Below, one piece after another: positions 33,810 to 44,839 of a stretch of DNA of 64,000 bases. This DNA is from Leptogorgia sarmentosa (taxonomy: Eukaryota). The notes beneath the pieces are model-generated. The model had not been told where the DNA came from, did no database searches, and saw nothing but the letters and a program-made list of their open reading frames with translations. Where the stretch lies: positions 372,001 to 436,000 of the forward strand of contig OZ210886.1 of assembly GCA_964658305.1 (NCBI GenBank), read 5' to 3'. A program made the position numbers and the translations under genes. Each line of letters opens with the position of its first letter. Within the stretch, counting starts at the first letter, position 1.

Positions 33810-34689
33810 CTGGGACGAAAGCAATTAGTTCAGTAAACAGACAGTATTTTATAAAACACTTAGTGTACAGACGCTCATTCGGCTCAGTGATAAAATATTT
33901 GTCGAAAATATTGTTTGAAATCACTGAAGCACAGGTAAGGCTGCTCCCTTGCATGTTCGAATTCATGCAGTGGACTCCCTAATGAGCCCAAGAATGCGTC
34001 AAACTTTATAGCCGATAGGAGAAAATGTTTATGCATATATTCCAAATCAATTCAAATTCGTTCCGCTGGAATAACATAGAATAGAATGCAGGAATACAGA
34101 CAGCGTTGTGCCAGTAAGACCGAATCTTAAAATCAAGTGGTATAGAATGCATTTAATAGCATTGATTTAATTTTTTATGCTGTACATCACCTTATGTAAA
34201 TACTGAATGACCAAGGTATTCAACAACCTACCTTTTGGAACCTTTTCAAATAACTTCTTCAGCTGTCAACTCAGTTTTACTGCCTGTAAGATTCTGCCAG
34301 TGTCGTCTCGTCTCACTCGTCTGAGCAATAATTGCCGTTCCATTCCAGCCTGACTTTTATCTGCTCACTCACTCCTGGAGCGCATGCGTACATGATTTCC
34401 AACAATCATAAAAAGGTTTGTGTTGTGTTCATAGCCTATATAGGAAGTTTTTTGCGGATGATGCCTATTGGTGAAGTACGTCAATGTAAATTAAATATAA
34501 ACATTAAGTTAAAAAGAACCTTTTTTAGTTTTTTGCTAACAATGCTAGCACATTCTAGCATTTTGCAAGTCTTAACTTTGCAACCTCCGGAAGATTCAAA
34601 TTCATGCAAATCTATCTTCATTAAAAAAATTAAATACTAGATTATAATTAGATAAAGATGCGTAAAATGCATAATGATCAGTGTTTAGA

Positions 34690-35830
34690 ATTAGAGCAAA
34701 TGTTTCGGGTGGAATTTTTGATGTGTTTGAAATTAGACCAGAACTTTTTGGAACAGAAGTTTTTCAATTCAGTGTTTGAAACTAAAAATCTCTTCCTAAA
34801 ATGCCTCATGAGATGGTGCATGATTCGATCAAGGCAAAGTTACACTCTGATGGTACGTAATTGATATGAGTAAAAAAATATTTGAGGAAAATTTCGTATT
34901 CAAATACACTCCAAAGATTTCTTAATACTAATTTATTGTTTTAAAATATATTGTACAATAATGGGAACTTCTCGGGACATAGCTAGAACAAAGGCTTTTT
35001 AATACAGTGTTTAAAATCGGATCGGAACTTTTCAGAACAAAGGTTTTTCAATTAAATGGATAAAATTAAAAACCTCTTCTAAGTCTTCCTAAGTGCCTCA
35101 TGAGATAGTGCATGATTCGATCTACGTTTAGGCAAAGTTACACTCTGGTAATTGATGAGTAGAATATTTGAGGGAAATCTCGCGCTTTTCAAATAAACTC
35201 CAAAGCTAAGATTTCTTAATACTAATTTATTGTTTTAAAATATACTGTACAATTATGGGAACTTAGACATAGCTACGAAATGTTTTTCAACTTTGCAGTA
35301 CAATTAGAACAAAGGCTTTTTAATATAGTGTTTAAAATCGGATCGGAACTTTTTAGAACAAAGGTATTTCAATTCAAGTGCGTAAAATTACAAACCTCTT
35401 CTAAGTCTTCCTAAATGCCTCATGAGATGTGCCACATGCAGTAAAATTAGAACAGAGGTTTTTATGTTCAGTGATTAAAATCGGACCGAAACATTTCAGT
35501 TCACGATTTGTAGGCAAAGGTTGGTCACTTCGGTAATCTTAATATTTCCTTATTAGGAAATTTCATATATAAAGATCTAAACGCTAAGCTTTTTTATTCT
35601 TTTTTTATAATTTTTTACTGTGCCGTTGCTATAATATGGCCTAAAAATTCGGTCTTTTGCTTCCGAGTTTACTATTGTATGCTTTCCGGAAGGGTGTATC
35701 ATGGGAACTTTTCGAGTACACTAACCTCACAATGTTTGTTATCAGCAAAACCTGATTGAATCATGCACCATCTCATGACGCATTTTAAGGGGAGGTTTTT
35801 AACACTGAATTCAAAAATGTGAAGAAAAAA
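34690..35830. repeat. Complex repeat with about 300-bp tandem units plus an inverted partial copy
   Basis: The anchor gcctcatgagat occurs at 34803, 35095 and 35417, with a shared atttcttaatactaatttattgttttaaaatata block. The inverted copy gaatcatgcaccatctcatga lies at about 35758. Confidence 0.85.
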
Positions 35831-36397
35831 GTGAAAATGTTTGCATTGGTAAAGTCTCATTATTTTAACATCTGATTGTGGTAGTTGTACTGCATTTCTC
35901 GATAATTTGAACATGCAACCACAATTGTATTATAGTTTAACATTGCCTGTTAGCACAGATGTGTTAGTGACGGACAAGGGTTAGGTTTTTCGGGTTTACC
36001 TTATTGCCTATATATCGGAAAATCAATCTCGCAAAAGCCCTTTGGTACAGAATCTGTGCTAATCAATTTTAAGAGTTTAAAGTCGATTTAAAAGTATAAA
36101 CTATCCCCAATCCCTTTTTACATTTAATAATGATAAAAATTAAAATTGCGTGGAATGACAATTCGCTTTTGGGAATGCGGGGAGGATCCAAAAATCAAAA
36201 ATGCCTTCCCAGCCCCAACCTTGTTCAGCAAGATCGCACGCAGTGTTCGTGGCACTTCTTGCTGAAACACCGACAGCTGGCTCACTGTAAACGCAAACAA
36301 ACAATTTTAAACAAGTAGCTATAGTGCAGACTGGAACTGACGAGGTGCTCCAACGGATCCGGCCCTCACCTTTCAAGGGCGCCATGTAAACGCCTAA

Positions 36398-36465
36398 GGG
36401 GGTGTTTATATGGAGGCGAGCCAGCCCGGGTACCCGAGCTGGCTCGCCTCCATATAAACACCCCC
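36398..36465. mobile_element. 68-bp loopless palindrome with TAA target-site duplication (PIF/Harbinger-like MITE)
   Basis: TAA|GGGGGTGTTTATATGGAGGCGAGCCAGCCCGGGT-ACCCGAGCTGGCTCGCCTCCATATAAACACCCCC|TAA, one mismatch. Confidence 0.85.
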
Positions 36466-36954
36466 TAAGAAGGCGTCTTGCATGCATGTTTAGGTATTAT
36501 TCTGTTTCTGGCATACATTTTCAGCAAGTAATTTTGGATGAAAAATGGATTACGTTGTTTAATTCATTCAATATAATTCATCAAACTAAGGGTCAGCAGA
36601 CATAGTCAGGAACTCGGAAGCCCCCGATGAAATTTGGATTTGTGAGGGTTAATTGAATTATTGAACGGATCCGTTTGATTCACTCATAGATGTGGATTCA
36701 CGAACATTTTGAGTCAATGATTTGGCCAGCTTTTATACTGATTATTTCGATTAATATCGAAGAATTGAATTACACAAATTTTCCAACTGAAAGCGAAAGA
36801 AAATACTGATTCAGAGAACGGTGTATTCACGGGAAATTATTACAAAGAAAAAAAACCGGAAACGATTGTTACCTCAGCTGAATGGAATAAATTTTAATAG
36901 TCACTCCTGAAAGAGCTGTTCTCATCTGACTGAGGTACAGCGAAATCCGCAGAG

Positions 36955-39900
36955 ATGTCGTTATTTGACGCGCTTCTTCTTGGAGGTGAGTGGAGATAAA
37001 ACATGTAACAATGGAGACTGGAAATTTTTCTGTTTAGCAGCAGAAATATTCAAATATTCATTGCAGTTTCTACCATTACAGCAGTTTGTATGAATTTCTA
37101 TGTGCAATTGTAGTATTTGGAGTTGAGATTGGACTATGATTCAGGTTAAATTTAATGTAGGCTACAACAGTACAAGGATATACGGTTCAGCTGTACTACA
37201 AATCTCTACGTACTTATAAGTAAAATGTAGCAACTTTATGTGAAAGCGAAACTGCATCGTATTTATTCTGATCGTAATACCTAATACAGTACATATATTA
37301 TAGGCCTGCTCTATATGTATACACTTTAAAGGATTTAAATGCACGAACGATGCAATATGTTTTAATGTGTATGATTATATATAGTACTGCTTTACGAATA
37401 ACATGGTCGAGTCGTTATCAAGCTATAGTTATTTTATTAAAGAATGCAATGAATACAAGTTTCATTCCTGCAAAACGAAACCAAACTTTACAATCGCTAT
37501 TATGACTTCCGCCTACATTATGATAATTTCAGAGGTATAGCTATTCTTAGAAAAATAAAACGTCACTTCCGTGATATCAACTTAAAGCTCGTTTTCCACT
37601 GCCAAGATTGTGTTTGCGCAAACTAGGTAAACAAGAACGTGCTTTGAGTAGTGATATCGTCAGTGTTTGTCGCCACGCAATCAAGTGCTTTTTTCTCTTG
37701 ATCAGTTCGCGCGAAAAGTTCGCCTAGTGAAAAATAGGCTTTGCATACGAGCGCGCGAAAACAACAGCCAATCAAAACGCTGGGCCGATAACTGACGTCC
37801 AATCAACGATGTCTACATGTCATGATTTTTAAGACCAGACAATTTACATGTCTTTAATTGATTTTCCGCCTTTTTTCAGCGTTACGAGATGCTTTGGAAG
37901 ACGCGGGAGGAGGGGGAAGTGGTCAGTCAACAACATCAACAGTAACTCGAACAAATCGTTACGTCTTTAATGAAAAACACAGCGATCAAGTCACCATCAG
38001 CCCTGACAAAAGAACAGCATCCCGTCAGTTACCAATGCTGTGCTTTGACCAAGGAATAGTCTTTAGTGATCAACCACTCCATGATAACGAGGTTTTTGAA
38101 GTTCGTGTTGATCAAATGATCCCTTTGTGGAACGGCACATTGGAAATAGGTCAGCACGGAATATTTAAATGCATGTGACTACTAGATTACTTATATGTCA
38201 CGTTTCAGGGGTTGTTTCTATTTTTACACTTTTTTATTATAATCCTAACCAAACCCTAACCTCATTCCTGACTCAAATATAAAACCTAACCCTAATCTTA
38301 ACCTAACCCTTACCAAGTCCTAACCCCAATCTTACTAAACCTAATCATACTTCAAAAAATTATTCTCTTTTCCGAGAGATTTCTCTTCCAAGACGTAAGG
38401 CTGTGTTGCGCTCAAAGGAGATTTGATCGTGTATTTCTGGTATATTTGCGGGTCCTGCTTGATTTACGTTCCACGTTTTGCTAAATTTTAGGCGTCACAG
38501 CCATAAATCCAATGGTTATTGACCTTCCAAAGACTATGACTGATCTCACTGTTGGTACCTGGATGTTGAGTGGAAATCAGGTTGTTAAAAATGGAGTGAT
38601 AGTTAAACGCGGGTAAGTTATGAATTATCAAGGACAGGAGTGAACGAATGATTTAGCGAAGAATGTGCGTTGAGAAGATAGTTGTCCAAGTGATACCGTT
38701 CATCCTTTTTTGTCCGACGCAATGCTTTGAAAATTTGATGTTTTCTGAGTATTATACTATATAGTAAGTATAGACATTATATGTGGTGGATTTCTTTTTT
38801 TGCAGGTACTGCCGGAATCTTAACGGCTCTTTATCTGTTGGCGATCGCCTTGGTGTGTGTCGTACAGATAATGGCACACTTCATTTTTTTGTCAATGGTA
38901 AACATGAAGGAGTTGCTGCTACCGGCGTACCACAAGGTATTATGTGGCTTGAATACACCTTATGCACAATAATGACGTTTTGTTGCGCTGCAAAACGCCA
39001 TTATATGCGTAAGGTCCGTTTTATCCTAACCATTGGGAATGCATTTGGGCATATTTTGTCTGGGTGTCCAGGATGCTAAAGTATACAGTATAGTATACAT
39101 ATGTACAAACTTTACTGAATATGTGGCCAGTGTAGGTAGCAGATAACAACATCAACAAGCAGCAAAAGTCGACGTTACGCATAAAATGTATCGCATAAAA
39201 TAATTTCTCTCCTAGGCGTTTATGCTGTTGTGGACATTTATGGGAAATGTACCAAGATATCTATTGTATCCCCAGGAGGTCCCCCATCTACTAATCCAAC
39301 TCCAGCTCCTACAGGTTTGTTTCTAATGTGTCTTTCTGGAATGACGAATGAAAACTACAATACGGTTTAGTTATGTATTAAGACTACACTTACTTGTAAC
39401 AATAACCATGCACCCCCGTGGTTATAAACCGTGATGATCACACATCTCTCCTCAGCATCCGCGGTGGCCACACCAAACGACGTTGAACTTGCAAGATACA
39501 GAAAACAGCGACAATGGATCCAGGAATGCAAATCACGACCATTTCCACTTTGGTTAATTAATCAACTTATGACAACTACTTCGGACAAGGAAAAAATGGT
39601 TTGTACTGTCTTGATAAATCGTGAATAACAACATGACACTTATAAGCGGCATAAACGTATTTTAACTTGGAGACTAACATCGTCGTCAATGCAAGAAGTT
39701 TTCCCTCAATAATTCCTGCCGAGTCTTGCCCTTGAAATATCTTTGCCCTGCTCTGACTGTACATGGTATGAACACTGAATCCTTATATAGGCTCATCCAC
39801 AATTAATATAGGACCTTTTTCTGTTTGTCAATGCGTTTGGTTACCGCTTCAACGAGGACACAGCTACTTGTGATGGATGTAACAGAAAGATTCCAATACA

Positions 39901-42900
39901 TTCACATCGTTATCACTGTATGGAATGTGAAAACCTTGATTTATGTGATGCTTGTTTTGCAGGTAAGACATCACCACCAGGGCCGTGACGAAGAGGTTGG
40001 GTGTCCGGGCGTGAATCCACCACGCACATTGACGCTCACTCCTCCGCCCTCCACATTAAAACAATTAAATATTGCCACCATAAGTAACGTAACAATATTT
40101 ATAATTTTAGCCAGACGTACCCCGAAAAATCATGTATTAACTCACAAAATTGCAGAAATGAGGTAAAACAAAGTAGTGCAGTATTTTTGTAGGTATTGTT
40201 GTTATACGGAACACTGAGTCCGCGAAATAAAACCATAAGAGCCTATACTACTTTCATAAAAACGAGATAGGTACATGAATGGTTGTTTGTACATAGATGG
40301 CGATGTGATGGAAAAGATTGTGGAGGATTTATCACAGGAGCAAGATTCCATTGTTTGGTTTGTGACGATTTTGATCTTTGCTTTGGCTGTCAGAAAACAA
40401 AGAACTGGCCGCTAAGGTAAATGAGACCGCTGAATTAGACTACTATATACTACTATATTCCGTATATTTAACAGAATGTTGATAAGGCTATATACATAGG
40501 GACAACTTGGTGTGGGTTTGGTTTTACCAATAAATTGTAGAAAGGTGTTTGAAAAATCGCTATCGGATGGATATACACCCCCTAATTCTTACGGTTTTCA
40601 AAGGTTAAAATGCACACATGATTCACTTACCAAGTATTTAGAACTTTAGGCGACTTATCATGGTTTTATTCAAACCTAGACACAAAGAAAGTCATACTAT
40701 GACGAAACATTCAACAATATCAGGTGAGCGCGCGGACTTTGAGGAGTAGATCAAAGACAAAACTATAAGTATAAAGTGCAATATCGTATCCTATGCCTTT
40801 AGTTCAATACGTGTTTATTTAAACATACCTCAATTTCGAAATGTCCTATTTTAGTATTACATGATCAGATTTCGGTATAAGATATCATTTCGATATAACA
40901 TATCACGACTTTGGGTAATATTTCGTCGAATCACCCCTGATTTGAGTAGATAATTGATAAACATGTATAATCGGTTTCTTGAATTAGTATACTATATTAG
41001 TATAAACATTTTACTGAGTTTTGGTTAATTCGATGCAGTATAATTTGATAAAACAGCTGGATATAGTGATGCCATCTAACATAGTTGTGGAAATGTGATA
41101 TAAAGAAATTTTACAATGGATCACCCTGAAGAAGAGATGATTTTACAATTTCAGTTCAAGCAGGGAACCAGCAGAGTCCAGCAAGAACAGTGCCTCAGGC
41201 TGCGAGTAATAACTTTTGTCCCCCTGGACAACACGAGTTTGAACCTGGTTTATGCAGACGTTGCAAGAATTGTGACGAATGTACTGGCTATGGTTCTAAT
41301 TGTGTCAGTAACAGCCAAACGAACAGACCTTCAGATGGGTAAGTAAGAGACATCTGGGGACAGTTTCGACAATCTTATATATTTTAATATTCGTTCCTTT
41401 ATAATTGTGTCCAGGCAAGCTGGCAGTCTTTTGTGCAGATATTTTCAGGATCAGAAAATATTGTTTGACCATTGCACGTAAAAGACAATAACCACAGTTC
41501 CGGTGATTTGTTTGGCTTTGGCTACAGTAATTTTCCAAATGATTTTGTCAAATAACTAGTACAACATGTGGTAACTAAAAACAACTCACAACATTTAAAA
41601 ATCACTCGCCCTAAAAGCCTCGTTTTCCTTGCTGTAGATTATGTGGGTGTGGCTTTGGGGATGCTGGGTGTACAAAGTGTGGAATATGCGAATCTTGTGC
41701 TAAACGAATAAGAGGTATTTAGAGGAACTGCAGTATGGTATTCCAATGACATGGTTAAATCACATCATGTAATGCTGTTTCAGTTAATCCTGGCAATCCA
41801 ACACCTTCAGTCGCTCCCAGGCCAACCACAGCTACCAGCCAGAAATGTGAATATCGAAGAAAATGTGAACGTTTTATTCAATCTTTGAATATTTCAGGTA
41901 TGAGAAATACTACAGTTATGAAAAGTACTGCAGATTGAGATTTTTATAGTGTTCAATATCAACACTTCCTTTTTCAGATGAGTATTTTGACAAAACCCCA
42001 ACCTTCAATAAATGTTTCTGTGATGGTTGTCACAAAGCTCGTGGTGATAGAGAATGCTACTCACGTGGAAAACCTCCGAAGACTTACGCTTTACCAATTG
42101 GCTGGAGCAGATTTTCTATCAAGTGAGAACTTATGTCACTTTCCTTTCTTGTCGCGAAAGGATACTACCCTAAATTGGAAATTCAGCTCGCGATTTTGCA
42201 TGGAATATGAGATAGTTTGCTATAAATATCTGATCACTCATTCTGTTTGGCTTACTTGTTCCTGACCCTTTGCACAATGGCAAACGGTGAGGTGATGCTA
42301 TAGCTACTTTGAGACTATCCATTGAGATTATTAACCGAATACTAAATGTTTATGTAGAGTCGGTCCTCATGCAAAAGTACTGAAGATCTTTGAAAATTGG
42401 CATGTAGCTTTTCATGGAACACAAACAAAATATCTTGAACCGATATTTAACAATGGTGCTCAATTGCTCATGGCAGGTAAGTGCATTCTTTTTGGTGCAG
42501 GTAGGTGCAATATTTCTGGTGGATTTTTTTAATGTTTTTAACTACAGTATTTAAAATGAATGTATGCATGGAACGAGAAAGTACTTGGTAATCTATCAAA
42601 ATTAAGATTTCTTTAAGAGAAATTCTGTTAGAGATACCCACTGCATGACCAAACTGTTTAAAATCCGCAGGGGATGTTGCATTCGGAGGAGATGAACTAA
42701 GTGAAGGTGAAGGACATTACAACGACAAATGGAAACCAAAGGGATTTGATACGAAGAAAATTTTTGTTTCGCCAAGTATCAAATATTCTGGATGCTCTGT
42801 TTATGCAAAGAAACAAAGGTAAATATTCTCCCATTTTGACTCCCCTTTGACGCTTTGTACAAATTTCAATTTGTACCTCCCTCTTTTGCCGCCCTTTCTT

Positions 42901-43174
42901 TACCTGTATGTTTTTGGGTGCCCTCCTCCCTCCTTAAGCTGTTGAGAAAAAATCCTCTTTTTATAGTTACACAGATCCAGTAACCAAGAAGACAGTCTCA
43001 GCACAAGTTGCTTTACAAGTGTTGATCCGACCCGGCTCATACGATGTTGGAAAAACTACCGTTGAACGGGCTCAACCGTTTGATGCGAATTTTAGTGATG
43101 AAGAACTGGAATGGTCGACCAAGGAACGAGGAGCTGTGGTTGTAACAGGACTGTTGGTTAAAATACAGGAATAA
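36955..43174 (+). CDS. NEURL4-related protein: one Neuralized (NHR) domain, two ZZ zinc fingers, a Cys-rich module and a C-terminal NEURL4-type ADP-ribosyltransferase-like domain; about 17 coding exons
   Basis: NHR motifs GIVFSDQPL, WNGTLEIGVT, LHFFVNG and VYAVVDIYG. ZZ fingers CDGC..RYHCMECENLDLCDAC and CDGKDC..RFHCLVCDDFDLCFGC. ART-like motifs CFCDGCH, YALPIGW, WHVAFHGT, FVSPSIKYS, QVLIRPGSY and ELEWSTKERG. All exon phases join. Confidence 0.87.
37586..37741. mobile_element. Degenerate MITE, same family as 31039-31156
   Basis: Termini aagctcgttttccact...agtgaaaaataggctt and a shared internal sequence. Confidence 0.65.
38241..38346. repeat. Degenerate (CCCTAA)n-like simple repeat in an intron
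   Basis: Repeated cctaac/ccctaa hexamer variants. Confidence 0.7.
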
Positions 43175-44839
43175 ACACTCCCCCTAATTTGATTTCGGAT
43201 TGACAACGCATGGCCGCAATTACAAACTTTGTCAAAAAAGTTAATATGTTCCAATATCTTGTTCCAAAGAAAATTTGAAAATCACGGCTAACTAGATTAT
43301 ACTTAATATCCTCAATGACTTAATAAGAGAAGGGATACTTAGTTTACAAAATTTAAATAGCCAAATAATTAGCAAGTTGCCTGACATATTGAGCACTGCC
43401 GCTTCAATTGCCGTGTTTAGTCGATTTTTAAGTAATACTTGCACACTCACTGCATGGAGCATGCATAGCAGTGTGCATGGGTAACTATAGATTAACACGC
43501 ATATTTTGATATCTATTTAGTCAGTAAAACTCACATTGAATCCCCAACCCTAATCTGGGATCTTCATTTTAACCAAAAGCTAAAAAAAATCATGATTTTA
43601 TTAGGGCACTAAGCTGAGCTTAATTATAGCTTATCAACTTATTTCAGAATGATCTTGTGCATGAGTTAGGATGGGGGGAGGGGGAATGTGACCTCGTATT
43701 TTGTGAAAACCCCTGAAAAACCTCGAACTGTAAATACTGAAAATACAATAGCGGAAACATCATCTATGTTCCAGATTACTAATCATTTAATCTAAATAAT
43801 GATAATTCTGTGATCAAACAATTAATAATGTAATATGTTATTTTTGCATGGACTAATAATTAGACTATAGTTTTAATTCAATATACAATATGTGTTCAGA
43901 TTGACAATGCCATAAAAGATGTAGCTTATCAATTAATTTGCACAAATAAATTTTATCATATACAAAAGGGCCAAACTAAAATTTTGATACAGTAGCCTAC
44001 ATTAAGATTTCGTCGCGATAGTTACCGTATCAAAGAATATTTCAATGAAAGCCATGTTGGAATCATATAGAATTTCAAATAGTTAATTGCAACGCATGAT
44101 GAATGGTGACTGCATGGTAGCTACTGTATTGACCACAAAGAAATCTTGACCTCATCAAACTCCAAACCTAACCTAACCTAGCTTCCCTTGATAGAGTCAT
44201 TAGAGAACGTTGGCTCCGCTTTGCATTCATTTCAATATAACGAGTGCAGCAATTAAACAAGCAATCTTTACAAACGAGTGCCATCAAGGATTGTCTGCGA
44301 AGGATTACTGAGCTTTAACAGAAAAACTACCAAGGCTATCCCTAACAGTAGGCCAGCAGGTAGCTTGTCATGACCACACCCTTTCAATAGGCTCAGTAGA
44401 TGCCCAATAGTAGTTTTCATTAACGCATTCTTTGGTGAAGAATATCGGTCTACGGGTCAAAGACACAGCTCACTCTATGTGTCAACCTGACGACCTTGTG
44501 GTTGGTTTATGCAATGCCCGCATGATGTCGAGGCTGCACCCAGATCGCATTTCGCATTACGTAAAGCGGTATAAATAGACGCCATATTTGTGACTTTAAA
44601 ACTTGATAAAATTATCCATTTGGGATTTTTAAAAAGCTGTTAAAGGTAAAAATTAGTTAAATTTCAATAGAATAGCTATTTCTTTCTTCGTGAATGCATT
44701 TGTGACGTTTAAACCGTTTCTTTGCTGTGATTTTCTGTCCGACATTCTATAAACACGTAAACTTCCTTCGAAGACATTTAATCAGTTGTATTGAAATATT
44801 AAAGGCAGTTTCAAGAGGAGACAAGAATAAACAAGAAAC

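Noticed and set aside
33171..33836. 221-aa plus-strand ORF
   Set aside because: Antisense shadow of the duplicated domains of the 544-aa gene.
36140..36605. Overlapping short ORFs on both strands
   Set aside because: Produced by the GC-rich palindrome; no protein-like features.
38241..38346. Interstitial telomere or telomerase template
   Set aside because: Too degenerate; an ordinary simple repeat within an intron.
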